The notes under the pieces were generated by a model. It was not told the DNA's origin. It saw only the letters and a list, made by a program, of their open reading frames with translations, and searched no databases. Positions 18,966 through 27,127 of a DNA stretch of 64,000 bases are shown here, in pieces. Source of the DNA: an uncultured SAR86 cluster bacterium (GTDB lineage Bacteria; Pseudomonadota; Gammaproteobacteria; Magnimaribacterales; AG-339-G14); contig CACPDB010000004.1 in assembly GCA_902632605.1 (NCBI GenBank), positions 32,511 to 96,510 on the forward strand, written 5' to 3'. The number at the start of each line of letters is the position of its first letter. Within the stretch, counting starts at the first letter, position 1. The position numbers and the translations under genes are program-made.

Positions 18966-21203
18966 TTATTGGTAGTTTATATATATTGGAGAAGACCAAG
19001 CTCTTTCTTCAGACATCATTGTGCAATTATCATCTCTGGAAGTTTTGTAGTTTCCGTAACAAATATTTACTTTCTTACAATTTCCTTGTTCGTCAAAGTC
19101 ACATCTGAGATTTCCAGCATTAATTCTAAGTGATGGTTCTTCAATAGCTCTTACGTAATAAACCGAGTCTCTTTTATTCAAAGAGTAATCATCGTCTGAG
19201 AAACGAACTCGACAGCCATTTCCCTCTTTAGGGCAATCAATTATTTTCCAAGGGTCCATAATCAACTCATCGATATTCTCATTATCTGAATTCTGTGGCG
19301 TGATTTTTATGACCTCAATTCTGGTAATTACATTTCTTTCTTCTGAAGGGTTGTAGCATTCATTTTTGCATAAAGTTTGTATTTGCTTACTAGAAAGATT
19401 TCCTAACTTATAATCAGGACAACCTGGTTTTTGCTTAAAGGAGCCGATGGCTTTTACTTCAAAAACTGGATTTTCTTTTTTTGAAGTTTCAGTTCCCATA
19501 GGTAGACTTTCGGTTTTATCTATTAAGTTAAACCAAAGTAAAATTCTTGGTCCGCTCGTAGCATAAGTTTCCCTTCTTTTAAAACTATCCCATATCCCTT
19601 TTCTTGATCTATTTTCAACATGTACTGCAGCCAATCCTCCTGTAGTAAAAAAAGATGACTGTCTTATGGGTTCCCATAAAGAAAACGGATCGGGAATATC
19701 TAATTCTTCTAAATTCACTTTTCTTGGTTGATCTGATTTTTCTTCTTGAGGAGTTAAATTTTCTTCAACAAATTTAAAAGCTGGACCATTTGCTTCGGTT
19801 GTAACCATCCTATCAACTGGTTTATACCCTGTTCCCGGTCTAGATCGATGATTGTCACTTGAGGCAATAAAACCAAATTTAAATCTTTGTTCTTTCCCGT
19901 CTTGAGAATTTCTCAAAGCCAAAGCATATTGAGCTGAACCTCTGGGTCGATAATTAAAGGCGGGAATAAAACAATCCTTGCATTGTCCAGAGTCCAACCA
20001 TTCTTCTGGAGTAATACCCTTAACAGCAAATTTTCCAGATAACCCGCCTTCGATGTAGAGCTGTCTTGCTAGGGCTGCCCTCTTATCACAGATTGCTTCG
20101 CTATTTTGATTTTCAAGACACCTTTCCTTGATAATTTCTCCAGCTTGCCAACAAGAAGGTAAATAATTTTTAGAAGGTTCTGGGCAAAATTGCACATTAT
20201 TTTCTGTAATGCTGGCACTCCAAGGTCGATATTCTTCAGAATTTCCATGACCTGACATGATTTCAAAAGAAATTTGCTTTTCAGAACTATTATGTTCATT
20301 GGATAGTTGTTTATCCCAACTTGATTCACTAGGTGTATAAAAACCCCAAGTATTTCCATGTGGTATGACGATAGAATCTGATTTAATTTCATCTAATGCA
20401 GCAAAAAGATCTTTTGGAGAAAGTGCTGAAAAGTAACAGGAATTATTAGGATTATAAAAATCATCAACGCAATCTTCAGTTTTAACTATGTGTTCACTGA
20501 AAGTGATTAAATCTGCGTATCTATTTCTGTTTTTGAAATCAACTAATGCCATAGATAACATATTCGACCTCACAGTTGGAAGTCTATCAACGCTACGCAT
20601 TCCATCGGTAGCAACACCTCCGGAACCAATAGGCATTACTGGAACAGATTCTTCATCTGTTTCTAAAAACATGACATTTTTATGTCCGTAATGATTTTCT
20701 TTATCGGGATCAATTTGAGTCCATTCAAAACCTAGAAAAGATATCAAATCAGGAGTCTCACTATTTTCATGGATTGCATTACATTGTCTTACGGCTTTTT
20801 TTGCCTCCATCCACTTTTTAGGAGTAGCAGCTTCTGCATGATCAGAAATCACCCAAAAATCTAGAGCGGAACAAAACCTCGCATAATCACAAGCATCTGA
20901 TACAGGGTGAGGACCCTCTCCATTGTTTAGTGGCAAACTCCATAAAAATGCATCTGAAGAATATGTTGAGTGAACATGAGTGTCGCCAAACAAAATTTGT
21001 TTGTTCGATGGATTGTGTTCTAGTTGAGATTGTATTTTTTGGGTAAGTAAGTTCTTTGGATAAGTTGAATTAATATTTGAACCAGCTTTTTCAAGAACTC
21101 CAAAAAAACCAAAATAAAAAGCCAATAAATAAATACCTATAATTGATGCAATTGCCAATATAGTTCCAAAAAACCAAAAGGTAATTTTTAAAATTAAATT
21201 CAA
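18966..21203 (-). CDS. DUF3604 family protein (PHP-like metal site), N-terminal membrane anchor
   Basis: 745 aa. Single N-terminal TM (ITFWFFGTILAIASIIGIYLLAFYFGFFGVL), then GDTHVHSTYSSDAF, typical of DUF3604. Cys-rich soluble body. The TTG start overlaps the rhomboid TGA (TTGA at 21200-21203). Confidence 0.7.
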   Translation of the reverse strand: MNLILKITFWFFGTILAIASIIGIYLLAFYFGFFGVLEKAGSNINSTYPKNLLTQKIQSQLEHNPSNKQILFGDTHVHSTYSSDAFLWSLPLNNGEGPHPVSDACDYARFCSALDFWVISDHAEAATPKKWMEAKKAVRQCNAIHENSETPDLISFLGFEWTQIDPDKENHYGHKNVMFLETDEESVPVMPIGSGGVATDGMRSVDRLPTVRSNMLSMALVDFKNRNRYADLITFSEHIVKTEDCVDDFYNPNNSCYFSALSPKDLFAALDEIKSDSIVIPHGNTWGFYTPSESSWDKQLSNEHNSSEKQISFEIMSGHGNSEEYRPWSASITENNVQFCPEPSKNYLPSCWQAGEIIKERCLENQNSEAICDKRAALARQLYIEGGLSGKFAVKGITPEEWLDSGQCKDCFIPAFNYRPRGSAQYALALRNSQDGKEQRFKFGFIASSDNHRSRPGTGYKPVDRMVTTEANGPAFKFVEENLTPQEEKSDQPRKVNLEELDIPDPFSLWEPIRQSSFFTTGGLAAVHVENRSRKGIWDSFKRRETYATSGPRILLWFNLIDKTESLPMGTETSKKENPVFEVKAIGSFKQKPGCPDYKLGNLSSKQIQTLCKNECYNPSEERNVITRIEVIKITPQNSDNENIDELIMDPWKIIDCPKEGNGCRVRFSDDDYSLNKRDSVYYVRAIEEPSLRINAGNLRCDFDEQGNCKKVNICYGNYKTSRDDNCTMMSEERAWSSPIYINYQ

Positions 21204-21976
21204 TGTTTTCTCCGATTCACTTCTTCTTCTGATTTTTTTATGAAATCTACCACCACTTTGTCATTTCTTTGAAATGAAAATTCTTTAGAATCTCTATTAA
21301 ATACTTGCCATGATGATGTGTTTTGTTCATGAAATAATTTTATATCTTTGTTTTTAAAGAAAGGGATTAGAAACATTCCTGCTAGAAAACCTCCAATGTG
21401 CGCAAAATAAGCTGTTCCTCCATCCATATCAAGAGATCCTGGAATACTGAAAAATTGTAAAATAAGCCAAAAACCCAGAACCAAAAAAGCAGGTACTCTG
21501 ATCATTTGAATGATTATGATAATAAATACCAAACATTTTACATTAGCTTTTGGGAATAACATTAAGTAGGCTCCTAAAACACCCGCTATTGCTCCACTTG
21601 CACCAACCATTGGAATTTGAGATGTCGGGTCCACTAATCCCTGACAAAGTGCTGCAATTGTTCCGCAAAGAAGATAGAAGATAATAAATTTAAGAGTCCC
21701 CATAGAGTCTTCTACATTGTCTCCAAAAATCCATAAATAAAGCATGTTTCCGACAATATGTAATAGCCCGCCGTGAAGAAACATTGAGGTATAGATAGTA
21801 AATGATGAATAATTAGAAAAAAAATCTGCCGGAATAAAACCAAAATTGTAAAAAATCGAAGGATTCATTTGACTTAAGTATTGAAGAACAAATACAAAAC
21901 TACAAAGCCCAATCAAAAAATAAGTAACATAAGGAGTTGAAGAACTCGGATTATCGTCCGATATAGGAAAAAACAT
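21200..21976 (-). CDS. Rhomboid-family intramembrane serine protease
   Basis: Catalytic Ser motif GASGAIAGVLGAY and His motif AHIGGFLAGM; HGGLLHIVGNM in TM2. Confidence 0.85.
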   Translation of the reverse strand: MFFPISDDNPSSSTPYVTYFLIGLCSFVFVLQYLSQMNPSIFYNFGFIPADFFSNYSSFTIYTSMFLHGGLLHIVGNMLYLWIFGDNVEDSMGTLKFIIFYLLCGTIAALCQGLVDPTSQIPMVGASGAIAGVLGAYLMLFPKANVKCLVFIIIIIQMIRVPAFLVLGFWLILQFFSIPGSLDMDGGTAYFAHIGGFLAGMFLIPFFKNKDIKLFHEQNTSSWQVFNRDSKEFSFQRNDKVVVDFIKKSEEEVNRRKH

Positions 21977-21978
21977 AT

Positions 21979-23424
21979 TTAGTAACCCAAATCTTTAACA
22001 GCTGACTCGAATTCGTCTCTGGTTATTGTGTAAAAGTAAATAAAAATAAGTCCGCCAATATTTAATATTGGACCAATAATGCAAATGAATAGAACTAAGT
22101 TATTTACTGGCTCTTTCATCTCTTGAATAGAAGCCTCTGTATTGCCAAAGCCTAAAAATTGAAGAACAAAACCTAAAATAAATACACCTAATCCTGAAAA
22201 CACTTTCTGAAATAATCCTGGACCAGCAAGAAATAAACCTTCATCTCTTCTTCCTGTTTTTTTCTGAGAATCCTCAACGACATCAAAAACCATTGATATT
22301 AAGATCACCCAGCCCATCACGGATAAAACGTCAGTGATACATTGATGTGAAATCATAATCCACCACAATGCATTTGATCCATTTACGGGGAAAGTTTGAG
22401 CTTCAAAAAGTGGATCTATCAATCTTAAAGTAAAAGGTATGTAAGAGATTAATACTGTCGCTGTTAAGGCAAATAGAGCAATGTTCTTTTTTTCTCTACC
22501 TTGGGAAATCACTACTGCAATAATTGCACCAATAATTGCAGAAACGCCTCCTGCTAAGGGAAATATAGAAATATCTGAAGGCGTCCATTCCCAAAAATAA
22601 ATACTTATATAGTTCCCTACTCCAGTATTTAATCCAAGAAATAAAGCATAAAGACATCCTCCAAAAAAAATCATAAGCCAAGACTTATTGGATAAAGTTT
22701 CTATAACTTCTCCAAAGACTTGTTTCAATTCAACATTTGAAGTTTCAGGCACAACATGAAGATCTTTAATATGTTTATGAGTGCTTGAGGCAGCTATAAA
22801 ACCTAAAACCAGAGTAATAAAGCCCGCAAAATATGCTAATTTTTCATATCCCTCAGGATTCAAATATGCTCTTGATCCCATAAAACCTGATGTTTCAGGA
22901 AGAAAAAACTCTAACATCACATAACCTATTAGAATCGCTCCTCCATAACCAAAAAATAATCCCATAGCATTTAAAGTATTTCTGCGATCGTAATCCTTGG
23001 TTAGCTCTGGTCCTAAAGCAGCTCTGGGTGTTTCGAAGAAGGTAATTGCAAGTCGAATGCTAACTGTCAAAATCAATAATTTTAAAAAAAGGTATGTTTG
23101 ATCATAAGATGAAGGCGGAATAAATAGTAACCAAATACAAAATGCCAAGGGAAAAATGCTGAGATAAATGAAAGGATGTCTCCTACCTAATTTTGACTTA
23201 AATCTATCTGACCATACGCCCACCAAAGGATCAGAAAAGGCATCAAAAAAAAGTGAAATCCCAAGTGCAATAGATGCTAGATAAGGCTCTAAACCTAAAA
23301 CTTGATTGTAATAGAGAAGTACCCAAGTACCAAAAATTACATTTTTTATCCCTACAACCCCAGAACCAGCTGAATGTAAAAAGAGTGTTGTGTTGGAAAC
23401 CTCTATGTTCTTATTTTTCGACAT
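21979..23424 (-). CDS. GPH-family cation symporter (paralog of 17486-18913)
   Basis: DAFSDPLVGVWSDRFKSKLGRRHPF signature; about 12 TM. Confidence 0.8.
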   Translation of the reverse strand: MSKNKNIEVSNTTLFLHSAGSGVVGIKNVIFGTWVLLYYNQVLGLEPYLASIALGISLFFDAFSDPLVGVWSDRFKSKLGRRHPFIYLSIFPLAFCIWLLFIPPSSYDQTYLFLKLLILTVSIRLAITFFETPRAALGPELTKDYDRRNTLNAMGLFFGYGGAILIGYVMLEFFLPETSGFMGSRAYLNPEGYEKLAYFAGFITLVLGFIAASSTHKHIKDLHVVPETSNVELKQVFGEVIETLSNKSWLMIFFGGCLYALFLGLNTGVGNYISIYFWEWTPSDISIFPLAGGVSAIIGAIIAVVISQGREKKNIALFALTATVLISYIPFTLRLIDPLFEAQTFPVNGSNALWWIMISHQCITDVLSVMGWVILISMVFDVVEDSQKKTGRRDEGLFLAGPGLFQKVFSGLGVFILGFVLQFLGFGNTEASIQEMKEPVNNLVLFICIIGPILNIGGLIFIYFYTITRDEFESAVKDLGY

Positions 23425-23492
23425 TTAAATATTTTAAAAAGTAATATACTCTAGGTAAAAAACAATTATGCACTAATACTGGAGGTGAAGAC

Positions 23493-24395
23493 ATGGGAGT
23501 TCTAAATAATAAAGTAGCAATAATTACAGGAGCTGGCAGAGGTATTGGAATGGAAACAGCTTTATTATTTGCCAAAGAAGGAGCCAAAGTTGTCGTTAAT
23601 GATTTAGGAGCTAATCCAGATGGTTCTGGTCATGAAAAGATAGCAGATGAAGTTGTAACTAAAATAAAATCCTTAGGGGGAGATGCGGTTGCAAATTATG
23701 ATTCTGTTGATTCATATGAGGGTGGAATAAATATTTTTAATACAGCAATGGAAGCATACGGAGCGGTTGATATTATTATCAATAATGCAGGAATTTTAAG
23801 AGATAAAACTTTATTCAATATGGAGGAGTCTGATTGGGATGCAATCATGGCTGTTCACCTCAAAGGTCACTTTAATTGTACTCAGCCATTCGTTAGATAC
23901 ATTAGAGAAAACAATAAGCTGAATTGCAGAATTGTAAATATGTCTTCGGTTTCGGGTCTTATTGGTAACTTTGGACAGACAAATTACGGAGCGGCAAAGG
24001 CAGGAATTGCTGGCTTTAGTCGATCTCTTTCTATGGAAATGGCCAAATACAAATGCACTGTAAATACTATCTCTCCTGGAGCTGCAACAAGATTGACTAT
24101 AGATTTAATGAAAGCAGCGGGAAGAGAAGTTGACCCCAACGATTGGAGTCAAGGACCGCAACAGATAGCACCAATCATTGCGTGGATATGTTCTGATGAA
24201 GCAAGTGAAATTACCAATCAAATTTTTCATGTTTCTTCCGGAACAGTTGGAATCATGCAGCAGCCAGCAGTGATAAAATCCTTCGAAAGTAAAGAGCTAT
24301 GGTCAATGGATCAGTTAAATCAACTAATGCCGGAACTCATTGAAGCGAAAAAAAATCACGACAAAGAAGTTGAAGAAAAAGGAAAACCTTCGTAA
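23493..24395 (+). CDS. SDR-family oxidoreductase (MFE-2/hydroxyacyl-CoA dehydrogenase-like)
   Basis: TGAGRGIG cofactor motif, NNAG, catalytic YGAAK; 300 aa. Confidence 0.8.
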   Translation: MGVLNNKVAIITGAGRGIGMETALLFAKEGAKVVVNDLGANPDGSGHEKIADEVVTKIKSLGGDAVANYDSVDSYEGGINIFNTAMEAYGAVDIIINNAGILRDKTLFNMEESDWDAIMAVHLKGHFNCTQPFVRYIRENNKLNCRIVNMSSVSGLIGNFGQTNYGAAKAGIAGFSRSLSMEMAKYKCTVNTISPGAATRLTIDLMKAAGREVDPNDWSQGPQQIAPIIAWICSDEASEITNQIFHVSSGTVGIMQQPAVIKSFESKELWSMDQLNQLMPELIEAKKNHDKEVEEKGKPS

Positions 24396-24965
24396 TTAGG
24401 CTTCAGCTTTATAAATAGATTTTCTTGTCTGAGAAAGAACGTTTTTGAGCATCGGCATGAAAGTCTCAATAGGTAAACTATCGTATTCGGGATCAAAAGA
24501 ATTTTGATCGTACTTAGCACAAAACTCTACACAATCCTTCCAATGTTCACTATCTTTGAATCTGTCTCGCATATGTCTATCAAGCCCAAGAAAATGAAAA
24601 AAGTAATAACCTTGAAAAATACCATGATGTTTTAAGATCCAGTAGTTTTTTTCAGAAATATAAGGTTCTAACAAAGTTGCGGCAAAGTCTGCGTGATTTG
24701 CTGGAGCCAATATGTCTCCAATATCATGCAATAGAGCACAAACAACGTATTCTTCGTCCCTACCATCACGATAAGCTCTTGTTGCAGTTTGTAGACAATG
24801 TTCATATCTATCAACTGCAAATCCACCAAAATCGTCTTTTAACATATTCAAGTGTTGAATGATTCTTTCTGGTAAATTTTCGGAATGAACCATTGCAGCT
24901 TCAACTATAGGAGTATAGTCCTCTTGGGTTCCTTCGGTCATTTTAGTAAAACTAGCTTTCTTCAT
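24396..24965 (-). CDS. HD-domain protein, PhnZ/MIOX-like (possible diiron oxygenase)
   Basis: EHCLQTATRA...VVCALLHDIGD...HADFAATLL...KHHG. The spacing of His/Asp ligands resembles the HD-domain oxygenase PhnZ. Assignment by pattern only. Confidence 0.55.
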   Translation of the reverse strand: MKKASFTKMTEGTQEDYTPIVEAAMVHSENLPERIIQHLNMLKDDFGGFAVDRYEHCLQTATRAYRDGRDEEYVVCALLHDIGDILAPANHADFAATLLEPYISEKNYWILKHHGIFQGYYFFHFLGLDRHMRDRFKDSEHWKDCVEFCAKYDQNSFDPEYDSLPIETFMPMLKNVLSQTRKSIYKAEA

Positions 24966-25097
24966 AATGTTATTTTCTCTAAATTTTCATGAGCATACAA
25001 ATTTTTTTTATAGAAATGATTCTCATTATTATCTTATTTCTCATCCAAATTTTTTAATATTTAGTTGATAATTTTCACAAGAAAAGGAGTTAGATAT
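24963..25097. repeat. Copy A of ~135-nt bidirectional promoter module
   Basis: Direct repeat of 25307-25442 (about 80% identity by eye). It starts with the minus-strand start codon (cat) and ends in AAAAGGAGTTAGATAT. Confidence 0.85.
25013..25033. promoter_or_regulatory. Fur-box-like palindromic operator (copy A)
   Basis: GAAATGATTCTCATTATTATC contains the inverted repeat AATGA-TTC-TCATT (25015-25027). 13/19 match to GATAATGATAATCATTATC by hand alignment. Confidence 0.4.
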
Positions 25098-25162
25098 TTC
25101 TAAAAGTCTTTAGCTAAAAAACTTTGCTATTCATTGCATAAGAATCATCCAAGCAATAGTTT

Positions 25163-25309
25163 CTATGATTGTACTAGTGATGCCCATGTATTTCGGGCAT
25201 TACTATACTTACTATTCATCAACCGAATGGCATGGTGTTCGGACGCTGCCATCACATACTCCTCTATGCGATAACCCTCCACCAGGGCCGACACTTTGAA
25301 TTTTTTCAT
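25163..25309 (-). other. 48-codon ORF (MKKFKVSALVEGYRIEEYVMAASEHHAIRLMNSKYSNARNTWASLVQS) or structured sRNA in a GC-rich insert
   Basis: Not in the ORF track (<60 aa). The ATG at 25309-25307 is the first triplet of repeat copy B. About 44% GC by hand count versus about 25-30% in the flanks. Hairpins lie at 25180-25200 and 25227-25252. Confidence 0.35.
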
Positions 25310-25442
25310 GTCCTTATTTTCTCTAAATATCAATGGGCATACAAATCTTTTTCATGAAAATAATTCTCATTGTTATCTTGTTTCTCATCCAGAGGTTTTT
25401 CATATTTAGCTGTTAAAATTCTTATAAAAAGGAGTTAGATAT
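25307..25442. repeat. Copy B of ~135-nt bidirectional promoter module
   Basis: Direct repeat of 24963-25097. It runs into the ATG (25441) of the ferritin-like gene with SD AAGGAG. Confidence 0.85.
25356..25377. promoter_or_regulatory. Fur-box-like operator (copy B)
   Basis: GAAAATAATTCTCATTGTTATC; imperfect palindrome AATAA-TTC-TCATT (25359-25371); 13/19 to the Fur consensus by hand. Confidence 0.4.
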
Positions 25443-25878
25443 GCCAGACGTTCTTGATCTAAAAAAAGTATGCACAACTTTAAACGAAATTATGGAGTAC
25501 GAATTGGCTGGTGTAGTCAGATATACTCATTCTGCATTGATGGTAGTTGGACCTCATAGAATACCTATAGTGAGTTTTTTACAAGAACAAGCTAACGAAT
25601 CACTTCAGCATGCCCAACAAGCTGGAGAACTCCTTACCGGTCTGGACGGTCATCCTAGTCAAAAAATATCTAATATCGTGGAGACTAATAATCATTCTAT
25701 AAAAGATATATTAAAAGAAAGCTTAGAACATGAGCTTCATGCTTTGGGTTTATACAAAAAACTTCTCACGATGGTCGAAGGCGCATCTATATATTTAGAG
25801 GAATACACCAGGAATCTAATTGGCCAAGAAGAACAACATCAGCTTGAGTTAAGAAAAATGTTAAAAGACTTTAGTTAG
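25441..25878 (+). CDS. Bacterioferritin-family ferritin-like diiron protein
   Basis: 145 aa four-helix pattern with ferroxidase-type ligands in E...ExxH...E...ExxH spacing (EYE, ANESLQH, LEHE, EEQH), collinear with E. coli Bfr. Confidence 0.7.
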   Translation: MPDVLDLKKVCTTLNEIMEYELAGVVRYTHSALMVVGPHRIPIVSFLQEQANESLQHAQQAGELLTGLDGHPSQKISNIVETNNHSIKDILKESLEHELHALGLYKKLLTMVEGASIYLEEYTRNLIGQEEQHQLELRKMLKDFS

Positions 25879-26668
25879 AATCTTTGAGTTTTTTTTTATA
25901 CCAATCTAAATAGGTTCCGATAACTGAAGAAAATTCATCCACTTCTGATAGTTTCATTAAATGATCATATGTTTTGGGATAATCTGAAACAAAATTCTGT
26001 GAAACAAGATTAAAGCCCTTCTCATTTAAATCATCTACGTAATGACCTTCTCTTAAAAATTGAGAGAAATCACAAAAAAATGAAATATCTATAATAGTCA
26101 AATGGTCAAATCCAATAAATTTAGTATTTTTTAAAGACTCTTCTATTCCATTTAGGAAAAATTCATAAGCTGATTTCATCCTTTGATACAAAGCTTTGTT
26201 CATATCCTTAAGACCAAATAAGTATTCTTGATGCTCTCTGGAGAAAACAAGTCCTGAATCTAAAAAACTATCTACTCTTGATGCCTCAAAGGAATCTTTT
26301 CCATACAAATTGTTAGTATCGTCTTGTCTCGCGATAGCTCTTAAAATACTATTTGACTCAAATATTCCTATTTTTCCGTCAGGGCTGAAAGCAGCTGGGA
26401 CAGTTCCAAAAGGATTTAATTTTATGAAGTCATCGGTTTTAAATAATACAGAACTAAAACCTCTCTTACCTATTCTTTTAAATTGTTTTAATTTTTTTTT
26501 ATCGGCATTTGATAATTTTTTTGGATCAGAGTCCCAAAGCCAATTGTGTATCTCAGAAGGTTTGTCGCCTATAACTTCAACTGGAATATCAGCAATCTTC
26601 GCAGCTATCTCTGCTTTCCAAACTCTTGGGTTTGGTAGATAAGAAAAGATTTTGAGTCCCTTTTCCAT
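25871..26668 (-). CDS. Glutathione S-transferase-like protein
   Basis: Thioredoxin-like N-domain with GTVPAAF...IFESNSILRAIA (cis-Pro and ES motif) followed by a helical C-domain. Confidence 0.55.
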   Translation of the reverse strand: MEKGLKIFSYLPNPRVWKAEIAAKIADIPVEVIGDKPSEIHNWLWDSDPKKLSNADKKKLKQFKRIGKRGFSSVLFKTDDFIKLNPFGTVPAAFSPDGKIGIFESNSILRAIARQDDTNNLYGKDSFEASRVDSFLDSGLVFSREHQEYLFGLKDMNKALYQRMKSAYEFFLNGIEESLKNTKFIGFDHLTIIDISFFCDFSQFLREGHYVDDLNEKGFNLVSQNFVSDYPKTYDHLMKLSEVDEFSSVIGTYLDWYKKKLKDSN

Positions 26669-26677
26669 AGACTTAAA

Positions 26678-27106
26678 TTAAATTGAAGAAGCGAATCTTA
26701 CCCACATCCAAATCACAATTAGCCAACTGGGCAACCATAACAAAGCTCTTAAAGGCATATCTCCGATAAAGCCATTAATGAAGATATGATATAAAGAATG
26801 TGCAACTCTAAGTCCTACAAACCAATAAGCTAAAAGTACAGAAAAAGCATCTACTTTTCCTGTGACGTATAAAACAACACAAATTGCATAAAACAAAATA
26901 GGAAATTCAAAAAGATTTATTAAATTTCTATCTGCTTGTTTAGTTATTTGTGCTGCAGAAGCAGGCAAAGGTATTTTCATAAGCTCACTTCCGGTGTGGC
27001 TTTTATCAACCAGTACGTTTTTAAATCTGATCAATGTACTTAACAAAAATACTGATGCAGTAAGCAAAACCATATAGTACATAGGTACAAATATTTCAGC
27101 GCTCAT
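26678..27106 (-). CDS. MAPEG-family membrane protein
   Basis: 142 aa, 4 TM, LRVAHSLYH motif. Adjacent to the GST-like gene. Confidence 0.55.
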   Translation of the reverse strand: MSAEIFVPMYYMVLLTASVFLLSTLIRFKNVLVDKSHTGSELMKIPLPASAAQITKQADRNLINLFEFPILFYAICVVLYVTGKVDAFSVLLAYWFVGLRVAHSLYHIFINGFIGDMPLRALLWLPSWLIVIWMWVRFASSI

Positions 27107-27127
27107 TTAATTCTCCCCAAAAAAAAA

